62,882 bases of DNA, filler included, from Octopus bimaculoides (GCF_001194135.2; 5 parts of 5 records of this genome joined end to end with filler, not necessarily neighbours in it); one strand, 5' to 3'. Counted from the first letter of the whole stretch, positions 1 to 13,603 are shown. Translations and numbers: made by a program. Notes: generated from the sequence alone by a model not told the origin.

Positions 1-1076
1 ATATATGTATATTCATTATTCAAAAGAATTCCAACTTTGTCTTTATGTTTTATTTATATTCTTATAATATTAATGTAGGATATAGAATATATAGTATATA
101 TAGTAAAATTAAATGAAGTATTGATTGTCTTATTGAATAAATGAAATATTGTATATTAAATATTAAATATTAAAGGACTAGTATACGTTCTTGCATTTTA
201 GCAGTCTTCAAGGTCCCATGTTTTGACAGGAATATTTCTTTTGATATATATATATATATATATATATTATGCAGATTTGCATGATGTAACTCATTGGCTG
301 CCAATGAAAAAATTATATTAACACGAAATAACAATACTCACATTTTCATAAAGCCAGTACTTAAAAAATTCTCATATTTTTTTAATATAGCATTTAAGGT
401 AAGCCTTGAAAATAAATCACTGAATTTGACTTATCTCTGAAATTTAACCTTACGCCCCTATATCCGTATATATGTTTCAATGAACCCTAGCAATTGCTTA
501 GCATCAACTGTTAATTTCCAACACAAAATATGACCTAGCTAGCAAAAGCCACCTGTCTTGATTCAGCATAGTTTCAACACAAACTACTGAATGTGACATG
601 CTTGTTATCTATCGATCAATTGTCTCCTATACAAATCTAACCTTTAACGCCTGTATATACATAAATGTTGAAAGGAACCCTAAGAATAACACGTAAACAA
701 TCAATAATTCGAAACGTTATATGTAACTTATTTAGTAGGAACCTTCCACATAGTTTAACAAAGCTTTTAACTAACATACACCTAAACAAAAACTAGAGTA
801 AATTTTTTTATCCCACTTTCATTCCACCATCTTCCCTCTTTACGCATTTCCTTTCTCAGGTCTCTACTCTTTTGTGTTCCGCTTCCTTTCTTTATCGTGC
901 TGCTCTGTTTTTTTCTCCCCACAAACTTTTTTCATCGTCTAGGCAATTAAATCATCTCTAAATGTATTTCTTTATATACCACAAAAATATACTATTACAC
1001 CACACCTACTTTGCAGTTAAATTACTCCTCCATTAGGATGAACCTCCAAAATTAGATTAAAAAACAAATTAAGTTA

Positions 1077-1118
1077 TAGTCCAATGAACGCTACATAGGC
1101 AGAACTTCGAAGTAACTG
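1077..1118 (+). ncRNA. Degenerate minimal hammerhead-ribozyme-like motif (Penelope type)
   Basis: tagt-CCAATGA-acgctacataggca-gaAC-TTCGAA-GT-A-actg: stem I tagt/actg, palindromic stem III ACTTCGAAGT, GTA at the cleavage position. The core is mutated. Confidence 0.35.
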
Positions 1119-1347
1119 CCAATTTTTTCCTTGTAAAAATAAACGAATATGTTACTCTACTGGAAGGTATTAGTCCTTAAATTTAATGTTTGCTCTTAAT
1201 GTTTGTAACTATACATAAAAATAGACATTAATATGTTTGAATATATGTATAATATATATATATATATACGCTGTTACGGTTGAATAGTAAAGGAATAAAT
1301 ATTCCATCTTTAGTATTTTAAGGTAACTGTTTTCCACAACAAATGTA

Positions 1348-1562
1348 CAGGGTGATTCAAAAGTCTCCATGTATCAACAACAACAGGTATTACCAGAAAT
1401 GCTATTACGAGTTCACAATGAGTGGGGTAAACGTATTGCGATGTGTATTCAAAACAATGGTAACCATATAAAGCCTGTTAAATAAATAAAAAATGTTCTT
1501 ATAACCTGTTTATTATAAAAGAATAAATTGTTCCTATGTATGGCGACTTTTGAATCACCCTG
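1348..1562 (+). mobile_element. Tc1/mariner internal-deletion derivative (MITE), 215 bp
   Basis: TIRs CAGGGTGATTCAAAAGTC(T/G)CCAT and TA on both sides. The interior encodes a transposase-like C-terminus, VLPEMLLRVHNEWGKRIAMCIQNNGNHIKPVK*. Confidence 0.85.
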
Positions 1563-1794
1563 TATTATATATTAAAGAACAACTTTAAAATACGTATGTT
1601 TCAAGCTATTCACGATAAAACTGAATATAAAAGCATGGACCACTGGATGATAGGGATTTTTATTTATTTCTATAGCTGACGATAGAAGCTGCATCAAGTT
1701 TTAAAGGAACCAAATTAAAAGGGTTATGATTAGTTTATTGATTGCATAACATCGAACTCACACCTTGATTTTCACTCGATATATAACAGTATTT

Positions 1795-2004
1795 TCAAAT
1801 TTTAGCACAAGGCCAGCAATTTGGTGGGAGGGAATGAGTCGATTACATCGACCCCAGTGTTCAACTAGTACTTATTTTATCGACTCCGAAGGGAGGAAAA
1901 GCAAAGTCAACCTCGGTGGCATTTGAACTCAGAACGTAAAGCCAGAAGAAATGCCGCTAAACATTTTCCCCACCGTGGTAACTATTCTTCCAGCTCACCG
2001 CCTT
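1795..2004 (-). mobile_element. SINE, abundant family A (ggcgagctggcagaa...gttcaaattccgccgaggtcgactttg)
   Basis: Reverse complement matches the many other copies in the window. Has a B-box-like GTTCAAAT. Confidence 0.8.
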
Positions 2005-3465
2005 CATTCGATAAATAATAATGATTGGGTTCAGACCACTTCCAGAAATTTTAGATTTTAATCCATTCTATGTTACTTAAGTAAATACAAATAGTATTCT
2101 CAGAATCGAGAACTGGCGTTTCATCAGTAAGCAGTCGTAACTCCGAAATGATTGGTGATTTTTTTTTTACATTTGTACAATATCTCAAATCACCAGCGAA
2201 TGAGAAATGAGATTGCATAACATTGTCTTCTATGAATAAAAGTTAAAAGTGTTACGAAAACTTTTTATGGAAATTTTGTGTCTAAACAAGGGCTTAGATA
2301 TTTAACTTCTTCTAAGTCGGCTTCTATGGTTATATTATTCACTATTAGTGTTGAATTCGCTTTCATTTCACATTTATCACTTGGGGTGGAATGAGTTCCT
2401 TCAAGGATGACTCTTATTAACAGCGTGAGGATTCTATACGATTTCTACATGAGTGCCTAGCTAAACGCAAAACTTTCGGCAAACTGTTTCTTACGGTTTC
2501 TTCATAGTTTAAATGCTCAAGTTCTCTAAGATATTGTACAAATGTATGTCTATCGATATTGTAACATAATCAGCTTCCCTATCACTCTCAATATGATCAA
2601 TAGAATTCCAGATTGGCTCTCCTGGTTGGATCATTGTTTTACTGGTGATGAAATTATATGCAGGCTTTTGATTTAACATCCTAGATTAAGAAGCAAAGAG
2701 GTAAACTCACAGTGAGACAAACCTTCCCACGATAAGCTATCAAACTTCAATTGGCCATGTCGGAAGCTCAACTTGAATGTCACAATGTCATTTATCTCTT
2801 CACGCCTGCACACACAAACATGCACACGCATGCACGCACACACTCACACACGCATACACACATATGCACATACACACACACACGCATATACACACATATA
2901 CATGTATAAATGCATATATACACACATCTTTCTCTCAGTCTCTGTATAGGCGGGGGTGCAAGCTGTATCTCGCTTGACAAAAGACAAAGTATTGTGAAAG
3001 TAATAGAAATGAGTGAGCACAACGAGACTCTTCCAAAAATTCCTTGCATTGAACAAAACTTAAGGAAATTATATAGAAGTTATCCAAAGGAAATCATTCA
3101 TCAGAATTGCGTTGACAACTACAATCAGTTGGCAACCTTGATGAAATAACAATATATAATAATCAATGAAATTTGTAAAGCATTTGAAAACATTTTTTTT
3201 TTTTACCAGCAATGAATTCAATTACAGTTTAAATGTATTGACAAAGAAATGAACAAAGCTGATTGCTGAGAAGAGAATATTAATAAGAACATCGACGAGA
3301 ATGAGTGGAGAGAAGAGAATATGCGGTAAACATTTGTTCAGCTCAAGTGAGACTTGAAGATATCACTGTCAAAGATGAAATAGAAGAACTTATTGTGAGA
3401 AGCATTGTGTTGAAAAACATTTACGGCGTGTGTATGTCTATCAGAAAGAGGTACACATATGGAGG

Positions 3466-3467
<2 letters not shown>

Positions 3468-3539
<72 letters not shown>

Positions 3540-3556
3540 AAGAGATGGGGAGAGAG
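3468..3556. repeat. (GA)n microsatellite
   Basis: Direct reading; explains the poly-RE ORF. Confidence 0.95.
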
Positions 3557-3834
3557 AAACTGAAATATTGTGTTTTAGTTTGCATAACGTAGTTGAATAT
3601 TTGTGAGTATTATCAACGCTACTTTTAAAATGATTTGTTACTTATGTGTTCCTATTCTCGTTTATTTTATTTTCCTCGTTCTTAACTCCCGAATTTCTGT
3701 TCGCCTTCTTTTTCTTCTTCTCTTTATTTTCTCTGTTGTGACACTAATATTGTAATTACCACCCAAATACGTACGGAAAAATTGTTAAAGTAGGTGATCT
3801 TCTTTTCTTCTTCCTTTCTTTCCCACTAGAACGG

Positions 3835-4420
3835 CGACTTTAAGAGAGTGTTACATAAATGCACGTAACCAGAAGCACTTGCTCAATGATCTCAAATCAC
3901 TAGCTATGGATGTGATAGTCATCAGCAAGACCAGGATTTCCGACACACGTTCTATGACGCCTATTTTTGATGACTTTGAGATCTATGCATCTCTGTGCTG
4001 ACCTGGAGTGGAAGAGGAAGAGTCTGCGTTGTTTCAGAAAATCTTAGCTCTCGAGATACGGCCAATTTTCTTGAATCCGGGCGTTAAGTTGGTGGCCCTG
4101 GATATAAAAGGTAGCGAAGGGTGTATCTTCAGCTGTCTACGCCCCGATAGCGCAACCAGATTTCATTACTCATTTGAAGGTTTTTCTTGAAACGTCTTGC
4201 TCTTTAGTGTTAATGGAAGATTGGAACGCCATGCTGGGTGCACGTTTAAGTTGTGTGGGAATAGCTTAATAGGAGAGATAAGTGCAGAAGCCTCGCGAAC
4301 CTGCTCAGAGGTTTCCGACTATTTGAAAGATTGCAACCGAATTTCTTGAATGTGAAGGAGGTTTGAGTCAAGGAGATTTGAGCTCTGAAAATAATGTTAA
4401 GACTAAATTAAACTTTACAT
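3835..4420 (+). mobile_element. Decayed L1/Tx1-like LINE apurinic-endonuclease domain
   Basis: Frameshifted translation gives INARNQKHLLNDLKSLAMDVIVISKTRI...KLVALDIKGS and a DWNAM (GDWNA-like) motif, typical of the APE domain. Confidence 0.6.
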
Positions 4421-4776
4421 AGAATTTAGTCAGGTCTCTATCAATATTTATCATTCTTTTAAAGGGAGGAACACTATATAGTCAATATTTATCCTCTCAA
4501 AAGTAGAAGAGTTCAGAAATAATACAGTGCTTCAATAACTCTTTAAAAATCTTGGAAAGCCTCTACACTTTAGATAAAATTAAAAACGCTCCATGTCCAA
4601 ACGCGTCGTTTTCTTTGGTGAGTGGGGAGCAGATACCATTGCTGGCAGGACTCAGACTGGCTGTTATATCTTTTACCTTTTAGTTGTTTCAGTCATGAGA
4701 CTGCAGCCATGCTGGAGCACATTGTTTGTTTTGTCATCGCGTTCGTTAGCATTTTCATCAATACTAACTACTATGA

Positions 4777-5006
4777 AAAGGTGGCGAGCTGGCAGAAACG
4801 TTAGCACGCCGGGCGAAATGCTTAGCGCTATTTCGTCTGCCATTACGTTCTGAGTTCAAATTCCGCCGAGGTCGACTTTGCCTTTCATCCTTTCCGGATC
4901 GATAAATTAAGTACCAGTTACGCGCTGGGGTCGATGTAATCGACTTAAACCCTTTGTTCTTGTTTGTCCCCTCTATGTTTAGCCCCTTGTGGGCAATAAA
5001 GAAATA
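4777..5006 (+). mobile_element. Young full-length SINE (family A) with a 14-bp TSD
   Basis: TSD actaactactatga at 4763-4776 and 5007-5020. Confidence 0.9.
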
Positions 5007-5058
5007 ACTAACTACTATGATGCTGTTTTATGACAGAACTATATATACCTTATATTGT

Positions 5059-5085
5059 TTAGGGTTAGGGTTAGGGTTAGAGTTA
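5059..5085 (+). repeat. Short interstitial (TTAGGG)n tract
   Basis: ttagggttagggttagggttagagtta. Confidence 0.85.
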
Positions 5086-7080
5086 TTCACACATTCTAAA
5101 TTCAAATCCAGCGAAGATTGACTTTATAAATCGGATCGATAAAATAAGTACCAGTAATGTATAGAAATCGATTTAGTTGACTCTACTTCTCCAAACTTAT
5201 AGGATTGTATTTATGCTGGAAATGTCTGGTGTTTCTTTCTATTTATTTCTCAGTTTAACATCACCACCTGATCTCCGGGTACCTTTAGCAAAACCCGCTC
5301 CGTTGCAGCCATTAGGGTCAGATCTCCTGTTTGTAAATACTTTTCTTTCTCCATCTCCACAAGTCTCGGAGACCCTGTAACGGGTTATGAGCACAACCTT
5401 CTATTTTTAACTAGAATATTTAAAAATAACACTTCGGTTTTCATAAGATAAAACTTGCTCCCTGTTATCTTGTTATTTTATTAATCAATAAACTTTCAAA
5501 GATCCCGTCATCTTTTAATTCTAACAGATAGATTAAAACCTGTGACTTTAAGTGTCATCATAAGAAGAACCAGACTATTTGACTTCTATTTGATGCTTTT
5601 ACTTCGTTATATTTCAATCAGCATATTTTCACATCATCCTCAGAAATTTTCATGTTACATACACATTTACCATTTAAGATTGAACTCATATCGTTTTGTA
5701 AATCATCAGCTTTTACCGTTGATGTTGATGTGAAACCTGACCAGATCAGTTTTCTTTCTAAGGGCATTAGAAACAACGTGAAATAAAACGGATTAAATAC
5801 TGAAATTGAGTTTCAGACACGGCTCTTCGAAAGGTTACTTGAAATGTTTGTGGAAATATACTGAACTCCAGTAATTGAAATAAATGGAAAGAAGCCACAA
5901 GACTATAAATTAAAATCTTCATGAGTTACAATAGCGGTAATTATCCATTATATTGTATCGATATATTGCAATTAAAGTCAAACCTTTGGCTTCGTTATGC
6001 AATTAAAGTACGTTAAGATTTCTAGCCCTACTAAATAATGTGCAACGATCTACAATGATTCTAACAGTTGATTAACACGTACTTACTTTAGGTTACTCAG
6101 AAGAATAAGTGCAACGGTCGTGGTCATATTTTGTTAAACTTCCAAGACTGAAAAGGAGCAAGAAACTACGATGGTGTTGTTTAATAGAACAGAGATTAAG
6201 CACACAGGCAAAGAACTAGAACATTCTGTCAGGTGAGCTTCCACGGTTTCTATTGATTAAATTTTGTTCGCAAGGGTTGTACGAAGCTATGGCTGAAAAC
6301 AATTTGTCAAAGTGCAATGGGATCAAACCTGGAACCACGCGATTTCAAAACAAACTAATTAGTTACACTGACATAAAAAAAAACTCACTGATATGTTGCC
6401 CTTGGTTACATACGTCGCATAATTAAACGTAAAAATAAAAAAAAAACAACAAATAAGTACAATATCTATTTTCTTTCTTTTTTTTCTAAGTCCTCTCCAC
6501 ACACTATTTCTACTTCATTTGTGAGCTGATTTGCTATGTAAACTGATATTTTCAAAAGAATATACCTCAAAAATTCCATTGATGACCCAGATCAGATTTC
6601 AAAATATAAGGTAGCAATTACCGTTTATTAATGAACCAAATGGTATTTCCAGCGATGAAAGCAACCCAAAATGTTTAGAAAATTTTCGGAAAACAACGGA
6701 TATTGAATTCAGTGACAAATTGTTTTTAATTTAGGTACGAGGCCAGTAGTTTTGAAAGGAGAGGGTTAATTGATTACATCAACCCAAGGACCAGACTTGC
6801 ACATTTTCGTTTACTTATTTTATCAACCCCGGCAGGATAAAAGACAAAGTTGACCTCAGAGGGATTTGAATTCAGAACTGATGCTGCTAAAGATTTTCTC
6901 CGACGTCTTTGCATTCAGCGATGATATAGAGTCATGGCAAAACTGGGGTTCGCAGGACTTTCTGAATGGCGCACCCAACGAAAAATAACCTTTAATTTTT
7001 TCAGTAATGCGTTGCACCTGATAATATGTCATGTCTCGAAAAAGATTCCCCGTACCTGACCCATGCCTGGAATACATTCT

Positions 7081-7313
7081 TATTTCTTTACTACCCACAA
7101 GGGGCTACACAAAGAGGGAACACACAAGGACAGTCAAACGGATTAAGTCGATTACATCGACTCCAGTGCGTAACTGGTACTTATTTAATTGACCCCAAAA
7201 GGATGAAAGGCAAAGTCGACCTCGGCGGAATTTGAACTCAGAACGTAAAGACGGACGAAATACTGCTAAGCATTTCGCCCGGCGTGCTAACGTTTCTGCC
7301 AGCTCGCCGCCTT
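7081..7313 (-). mobile_element. Young full-length SINE (family A) with a 10-bp TSD
   Basis: TSD aatacattct at 7071-7080 and 7314-7323; near-identical to the copy at 4777. Confidence 0.9.
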
Positions 7314-8309
7314 AATACATTCTACCTGGAATACATTATGTTCCATAGAATGCCTTTCATTTCCGCTGTAAAAGCTTTCTTTAACGCTCAAATTGAGCTG
7401 AATCTAGGAATGTAAATTTCATTGTAACCAATGATACCAGATCCAAAGCATTGCTGTTATTTTATCTTTATTATTAATTGATAAGTCATAATTATCTATA
7501 CACAGAAACGAATAACAAAAATATAAAATACCTTTTTATAAATTTCTTTTTATTTCTTCATGATTTCGTTCTTGAGCCAAGTTGGAATTAGTTCTGACAC
7601 ATGTGTGTTGCTATAAAGACTCTTTTGTGCGTTCTTTTCTTTCAATTATTCTGAACTGTTCACAATGATAATCGGGTCCAGCTGAAAAAATCATATGATT
7701 TCAGATTCATGAAATTCTCGGCTGTTTAACAAACAATTCCAGCAATGGAAGCAACATAAAATAATGTTTTTGTTATTACTGTTTTTTGCTATTTGTTCTA
7801 AGCATTTTCTTTTACTTATGTTTCATTTGATTCTTTCATTCTGGGATTATGCGGCAGTAATATGTATCCTCGCCCTTTCCATCAGCTGTCATACAATTGA
7901 GGAGGATTACAGATGTTCTTATGAACAACAACAAAAAAAAACACCACAACCCACATTTCAAAGTGAATGTGTCCTTGTAACATATACCATATTAGTTGTT
8001 TTTGGTACCTCAGTAGCCGTGAGCAGGCTTAGATATGCGCTCTGTCTCCACAATGTTGATCCAGCGGAAAATCCAGGATGTGATTGCTGGAGGGAGACAT
8101 TACTGGAGTATCGTGAAATTAAGTGCTTTGGTCTAGGACAGAACGTGATACCCGACCCAGGAATCGAACCTATGACTTTATAGTCTTGAGACTATCACCT
8201 TAATCATTAGGCCACGCGTCTTTACAATAACTTCTGACACTTAACTGAAAACATCAGATATAGGGATGACTTTCAGCTACCTTCATTGAACCATTACAAG
8301 AACTTCAAA

Positions 8310-8515
8310 AGGCGGGGAGCTGGCAGAATCGTTAGCACGCCGGACGAAGTGCCTAGCAGTATTTCGCCCGTAGCTACGTTCTGTGTTCAAATTCCGCCGA
8401 GGTCGACTTTGTCTTTCATTCTCTCGGGGTCGATAAATTAAGTACCAGTTGCGTATTGGGGTCGATCAAATCGACTGGATCCCTCCCCGCAAATTTCAGG
8501 CCTTGTGCCTATAGT
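8310..8515 (+). mobile_element. SINE family A copy
   Basis: Matches other copies (gagctggcagaatcgttagcacgccgg...gtcgataaattaagtaccag). Confidence 0.85.
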
Positions 8516-9408
8516 AGAAAGGATTACAAAGATATACAGCAATCACCCCAAAACATTATGTAATTATACAATGCTCCCACTCTTTACAGTGACGAGCTTC
8601 ACCATTATAGTGGTGATAGCTTGGTGGCACCTGAACAGAAACATTCAGAGTCATGTATCTGGGTCATTTACAGAACTTAAGCACTTCTCGGGTTATAGTA
8701 TGATTGACTATTGGCTCAGTCAACTGCGATTTGGCGAGTAAGAACAGTTGCATAAATTAGCGTTGAATGAGGCAAAAATATCTGTGTTTGCTTCTGGTTT
8801 CATATAAGCAACAAAACAGAACACTGTCTCAGATTAGATGGATTCCTTATTTGTTGTCTGTTTATATTACGTGCCTCTGTGAATCTGTTCAGAATAAAAC
8901 AGTCAGCTGAGAATCGAATAGATAACCTACTTTAGCGCCAGCTTGTATGGATTGTTGATGACTGCGGAAATTTAGTGAACACACACAAACACATGCATGC
9001 TCACACACAGACAGATTGGAGTCAGAATATTATATAGATATATGTATATATATGTGTGTGTGTGTGCATGTCAGGTTTGTACGTATGTGTTTATAATCTG
9101 TGCGTTAGCTATATTCTTTTGAAAATATGGCATTATTCCATTAATAAATTATTAGACGTATTACTTCAAGAGTAAAAAGTATTGGCATTTATAACGTCCA
9201 TGACGTTCTCAAAAGCATAATGGAATGAATGAAGTAGAGAGCTAAACAGTTACAATCAGAATCGAACCTAAATCAGTAAATCAAGTCCTATCCCTGCTCT
9301 ACAGCATTCATTATTATGCGTTAATACCTACCTACATGTATGTATGTATGTGTGTATGTATGTATGTGTGTATGTATGTATGTATGTATGTATGTATGTA
9401 TGTATGTA

Positions 9409-9975
9409 TAAACCAAAAAAAAGAGATATAAAGACTTGCTGAAGGTTTCCTTGAGAGATGCCAACATCTCTCCTAACACATGGGAAAGCATAGCTATTGA
9501 CCGTGGTAGGTGGAGAAGGATTGTACATGAGGGGACAACTACTTTTGAGAAATCACGAATTGCACATGAGAAATTAAGGAAGGATGTCAGGAAGGGCATT
9601 GTTGTTGCGCTTCCAGATGGTAAGGGTCTTCCTATGACACTGACATGCAGTGTCTGTGCAAGACCGTGCCTCAGTAAAGCTGGGCTTATGAGTCATCTTC
9701 GTAGTCATAAAGCAAGACCGATGATTGACTACCAGGCCGCTGGTGATGATGCTACACACCATACTAGTCATGTCTGTCGGGCATGTGGAAGGGAGTGTGA
9801 TTCAGCAGGAGGACTTAAATGACACGCAAAAGTACATGTAGCCCAATTACAACAACAGCCAGCTATTGCCAGAAAAGGTTTTGGATGCCATGGGCTAAAA
9901 AGTCACATTCGATCACAGCACCGTTAAGTTAAGCTTCGTGCAATGGCCATACTCGATAACGAGGGGGCAGCCATC
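9409..9975 (+). mobile_element. 5'-truncated RTE/BovB-like LINE 3' end
   Basis: KPKKRYKDLLKVSLRDANISPNTWESIAIDRGRWRRIVHEG followed by two zinc-finger-like motifs (CSVCARPCLSKAGLMSHLRSH; CRACGREC). Flanked on both sides by (ATGT)n. Confidence 0.85.
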
Positions 9976-10427
9976 ATGTATGTATGTATGTATGTATGTA
10001 TGTATGTATGTATGTATGTATGTATGTATGAATGTATGCATGTATTATGTATGTGTGTGTGCTTGTGTGTATGAGTGTGTGTATACATCTGAGGGCGATT
10101 GGCCAAGTAGGGTGTTGCGCACATGTTTGTGTGTGAGCGCGTGTGTGTAAATAGACACATATGCGTGCGCACGCATGCGCCATACATACGTGCATACATA
10201 CGTGCATACAAATAAACAGACAGATTGATAAATATATATACGAGCGTGAGTCAAAGTAATGTCAACAAAAATTGCTCTACCTTGACTCACCATCGTATAT
10301 CTATCAATCCTGCCGTTTACATGTAGGTATGCACGTATGTATGTCGGTGCATGCGTACGCACGCATGCGTGCTTTTTCGTACACACAGGCACACATATAC
10401 TCGCACACACCTGCGCGCGCGCTTGTA

Positions 10428-10563
10428 CAGGGTGCTCAAAAAGTCTCTCCGCAGTGAATTTTTTTTCTCATCCTGTGCATATTCTTTTGTAGTCTTATAC
10501 CATCTTATAAATATTTATGTTGCAATGAAGTACTTACTGCGGAGAGACTTTCTGAACACCCTG
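10428..10563. mobile_element. Tc1/mariner-type MITE, 136 bp
   Basis: 28-bp TIRs CAGGGTG(C/T)TCA(A/G)AAAGTCTCTCCGCAGT with 2 mismatches; TA on both sides. Confidence 0.9.
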
Positions 10564-10791
10564 TATAACGGAAAAGCATATTCATAACACAAACACGAAG
10601 CCACGTGTATTGCAGAAGAGGTATGGTCGATTTGATCGGTTTCTGTACTTCACTGTTATATATCTTATTGAAGAATTCAAAAGTTCACCTCTGATCTAAA
10701 CTCAGAAAGTAAAGAGATTTGGTCAAATACTGTAACATATTTTGTCTGTAGCGGTATTTGCTTGTACACTGCCATGATGATATATATTTGG

Positions 10792-10796
<5 letters not shown>

Positions 10797-10885
<89 letters not shown>
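10797..10885. repeat. (GT)n microsatellite
   Basis: Direct reading. Confidence 0.95.
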
Positions 10886-10887
<2 letters not shown>

Positions 10888-11347
10888 CCGACGGGTCTCT
10901 ACAGTTTTCATCTTTTAAATTCCATTCATGAAGTATTAAATATTAATCAACATAAGGCTGCAAAAGAGGACACTTGCCCATTGTGCAGCGTATCGGGAAC
11001 GACTGCGTACGTAAGCGCAGAAACATCTGTGTAGTTAAGAAGTTTTCTTCTCAGCCATGCCGTTCCAGATTCGTTCCCGATACGTTGCACAATGAGCAAG
11101 TGTTTTCTTTTGCAGCCGTGAGTTGATTAATATGTAATACTTCTCGAATGGAAGTTAGAAAGCAAAAAACGGCAGGAATCTCAGGTATGTATGTATGTAT
11201 GTATATATTGAAGACTATTGAAGGGGGTTGAAAGAAGCAACGAAAATTTTAGAAAAAGTAAATAAGTAAATCAGTGCAAATCGAACCGGTGAGTGTGTTG
11301 ATTAATAAGACATTAAAACAGAATGGCTCTCCCCAGACACAATATAT

Positions 11348-11391
<44 letters not shown>

Positions 11392-12164
11392 TGTGTGTGT
11401 GTGTGTGTGAGTGTGTGTTATTGTTCAGTTTTATTTCAAGATTTCTTACCAATAGAGAAAGAGCTGGTTTCTAACCTAGATCCAAGCTATCCAAAACCTA
11501 AATATTTATAAGATGAGAAAAAGAAAAAAACGGAACCNNNNNNNNNNNNNNNNNNNNNNNNNNNNNNNNNNNNNNNNNNNNNNNNNNNNNNNNNNNNNNN
11601 NNNNNNNNNNNNNNNNNNNNNNNNNNNNNNNNNNNNNNNNNNNNNNNNNNNNNNNNNNNNNNNNNNNNNNNNNNNNNNNNNNNNNNNNNNNNNNNNNNNN
11701 NNNNNNNNNNNNNNNNNNNNNNNNNNNNNNNNNNNNNNNNNNNNNNNNNNNNNNNNNNNNNNNNNNNNNNNNNNNNNNNNNNNNNNNNNNNNNNNNNNNN
11801 NNNNNNNNNNNNNNNNNNNNNNNNNNNNNNNNNNNNNNNNNNNNNNNNNNNNNNNNNNNNNNNNNNNNNNNNNNNNNNNNNNNNNNNNNNNNNNNNNNNN
11901 NNNNNNNNNNNNNNNNNNNNNNNNNNNNNNNNNNNNNNNNNNNNNNNNNNNNNNNNNNNNNNNNNNNNNNNNNNNNNNNNNNNNNNNNNNNNNNNNNNNN
12001 NNNNNNNNNNNNNNNNNNNNNNNNNNNNNNNNNNNNNNNNNNNNNNNNNNNNNNNNNNNNNNNNNNNNNNNNNNNNNNNNNNNNNNNNNNNNNNNNNNNN
12101 NNNNNNNNNNNTATATATATATATATGTGTGTGTGTGTGTATATATAGAGAGAGAGAGAGAAAG

Positions 12165-12195
<31 letters not shown>

Positions 12196-13084
12196 ATGAA
12201 AGAAAGAAAGAAATAAAGAAAGAAAGAAAGAGAGATTGATAGATAGATAAGTTCTCATATGCATATACATATGCGTTCTTATATCTATCTATCGATCTAT
12301 ATATATACATGCATACACATATACATTCATATATTGTGGATGCATGTATGTATGTATACGCAAATGCGTTCTTCCTTTCTCTTTCTCCTTCTACCTTTCT
12401 TATTTTACCCATCTCTCCCTCTATTTCTCTCTCTCTCGTTTTCCTCTCCTCTCTCTTTCTCTCTCTCTCTCACTCACATACGCGCGTGCGTGCGTGCATA
12501 CAATCGTATTAACACATTCATAAACAAATAACTAACGTAAGCCTACTCAAGGTGTGTGGTTGGCTCGTACTCTTTGCAGACCCCAGAAGTATCTTTTCCA
12601 CCCAATGTACAAAGATTAGAGATTCGACTTTTAGCAAGGTACCGATTCAATGAAAACACAAACTATATACTATTTCTACTTAATAAAACAACTATCTCAT
12701 TATTCTCTATATTTTTTTCTGCTTTTGTTTATTTTTTTCGATGAATGAGCGTCTAGAAAATAATTTGTTGAAATTCAGAGAGCTGGAGTGGAAGCTTTGA
12801 TGGAGCGAAAAGCTGAAGGAGGGAAGGAAAGATAAAAATAAATCAAGTGTGTTGAGTCTTTAGTCGTGTACGGATTGGTTCTGCTTAACTAAAACGTGAA
12901 AGTATTGAAGAGATAACATAGCCAGGATAAAGCCTCGATTCGTACTGAGAAAGTTTAAACTTACAAATCACAGTTCTTCGCAATCTTGAAGATAAGGATT
13001 CGAGGAGAAATTACATTTAAACAAACAGATTCATTGTTGTTTGCAAGGAAGAAAGAAACTTTCTTTTATTTTACCAAACACAAC

Positions 13085-13527
13085 AAATCACTCCCACCAC
13101 CACCACCACCGCCGCCGCCGCCACCACCACCAAAATCTTCTTCCTCATTACCGTCATCATCATTATCATCATCATCACCTTCATTATAACATTATCGGCG
13201 TCGTCNNNNNNNNNNNNNNNNNNNNNNNNNNNNNNNNNNNNNNNNNNNNNNNNNNNNNNNNNNNNNNNNNNNNNNNNNNNNNNNNNNNNNNNNNNNNNNN
13301 NNNNNNNNNNNNNNNNNNNNNNNNNNNNNNNNNNNNNNNNNNNNNNNNNNNNNNNNNNNGTCATCATCATTATCATCATCATCACCTTCATTATAACATT
13401 ATCGGCGTCGTCATCGTCATTATCGCGGACATCATCATTGTCATCCCTATCATTATCATTGCCACTATTATCATCCTCCTCATCATTATTATTGTCATCA
13501 TCATCATCATTATTGTTGTCGTCATCG

Positions 13528-13563
<36 letters not shown>

Positions 13564-13564
13564 C

Positions 13565-13603
<39 letters not shown>

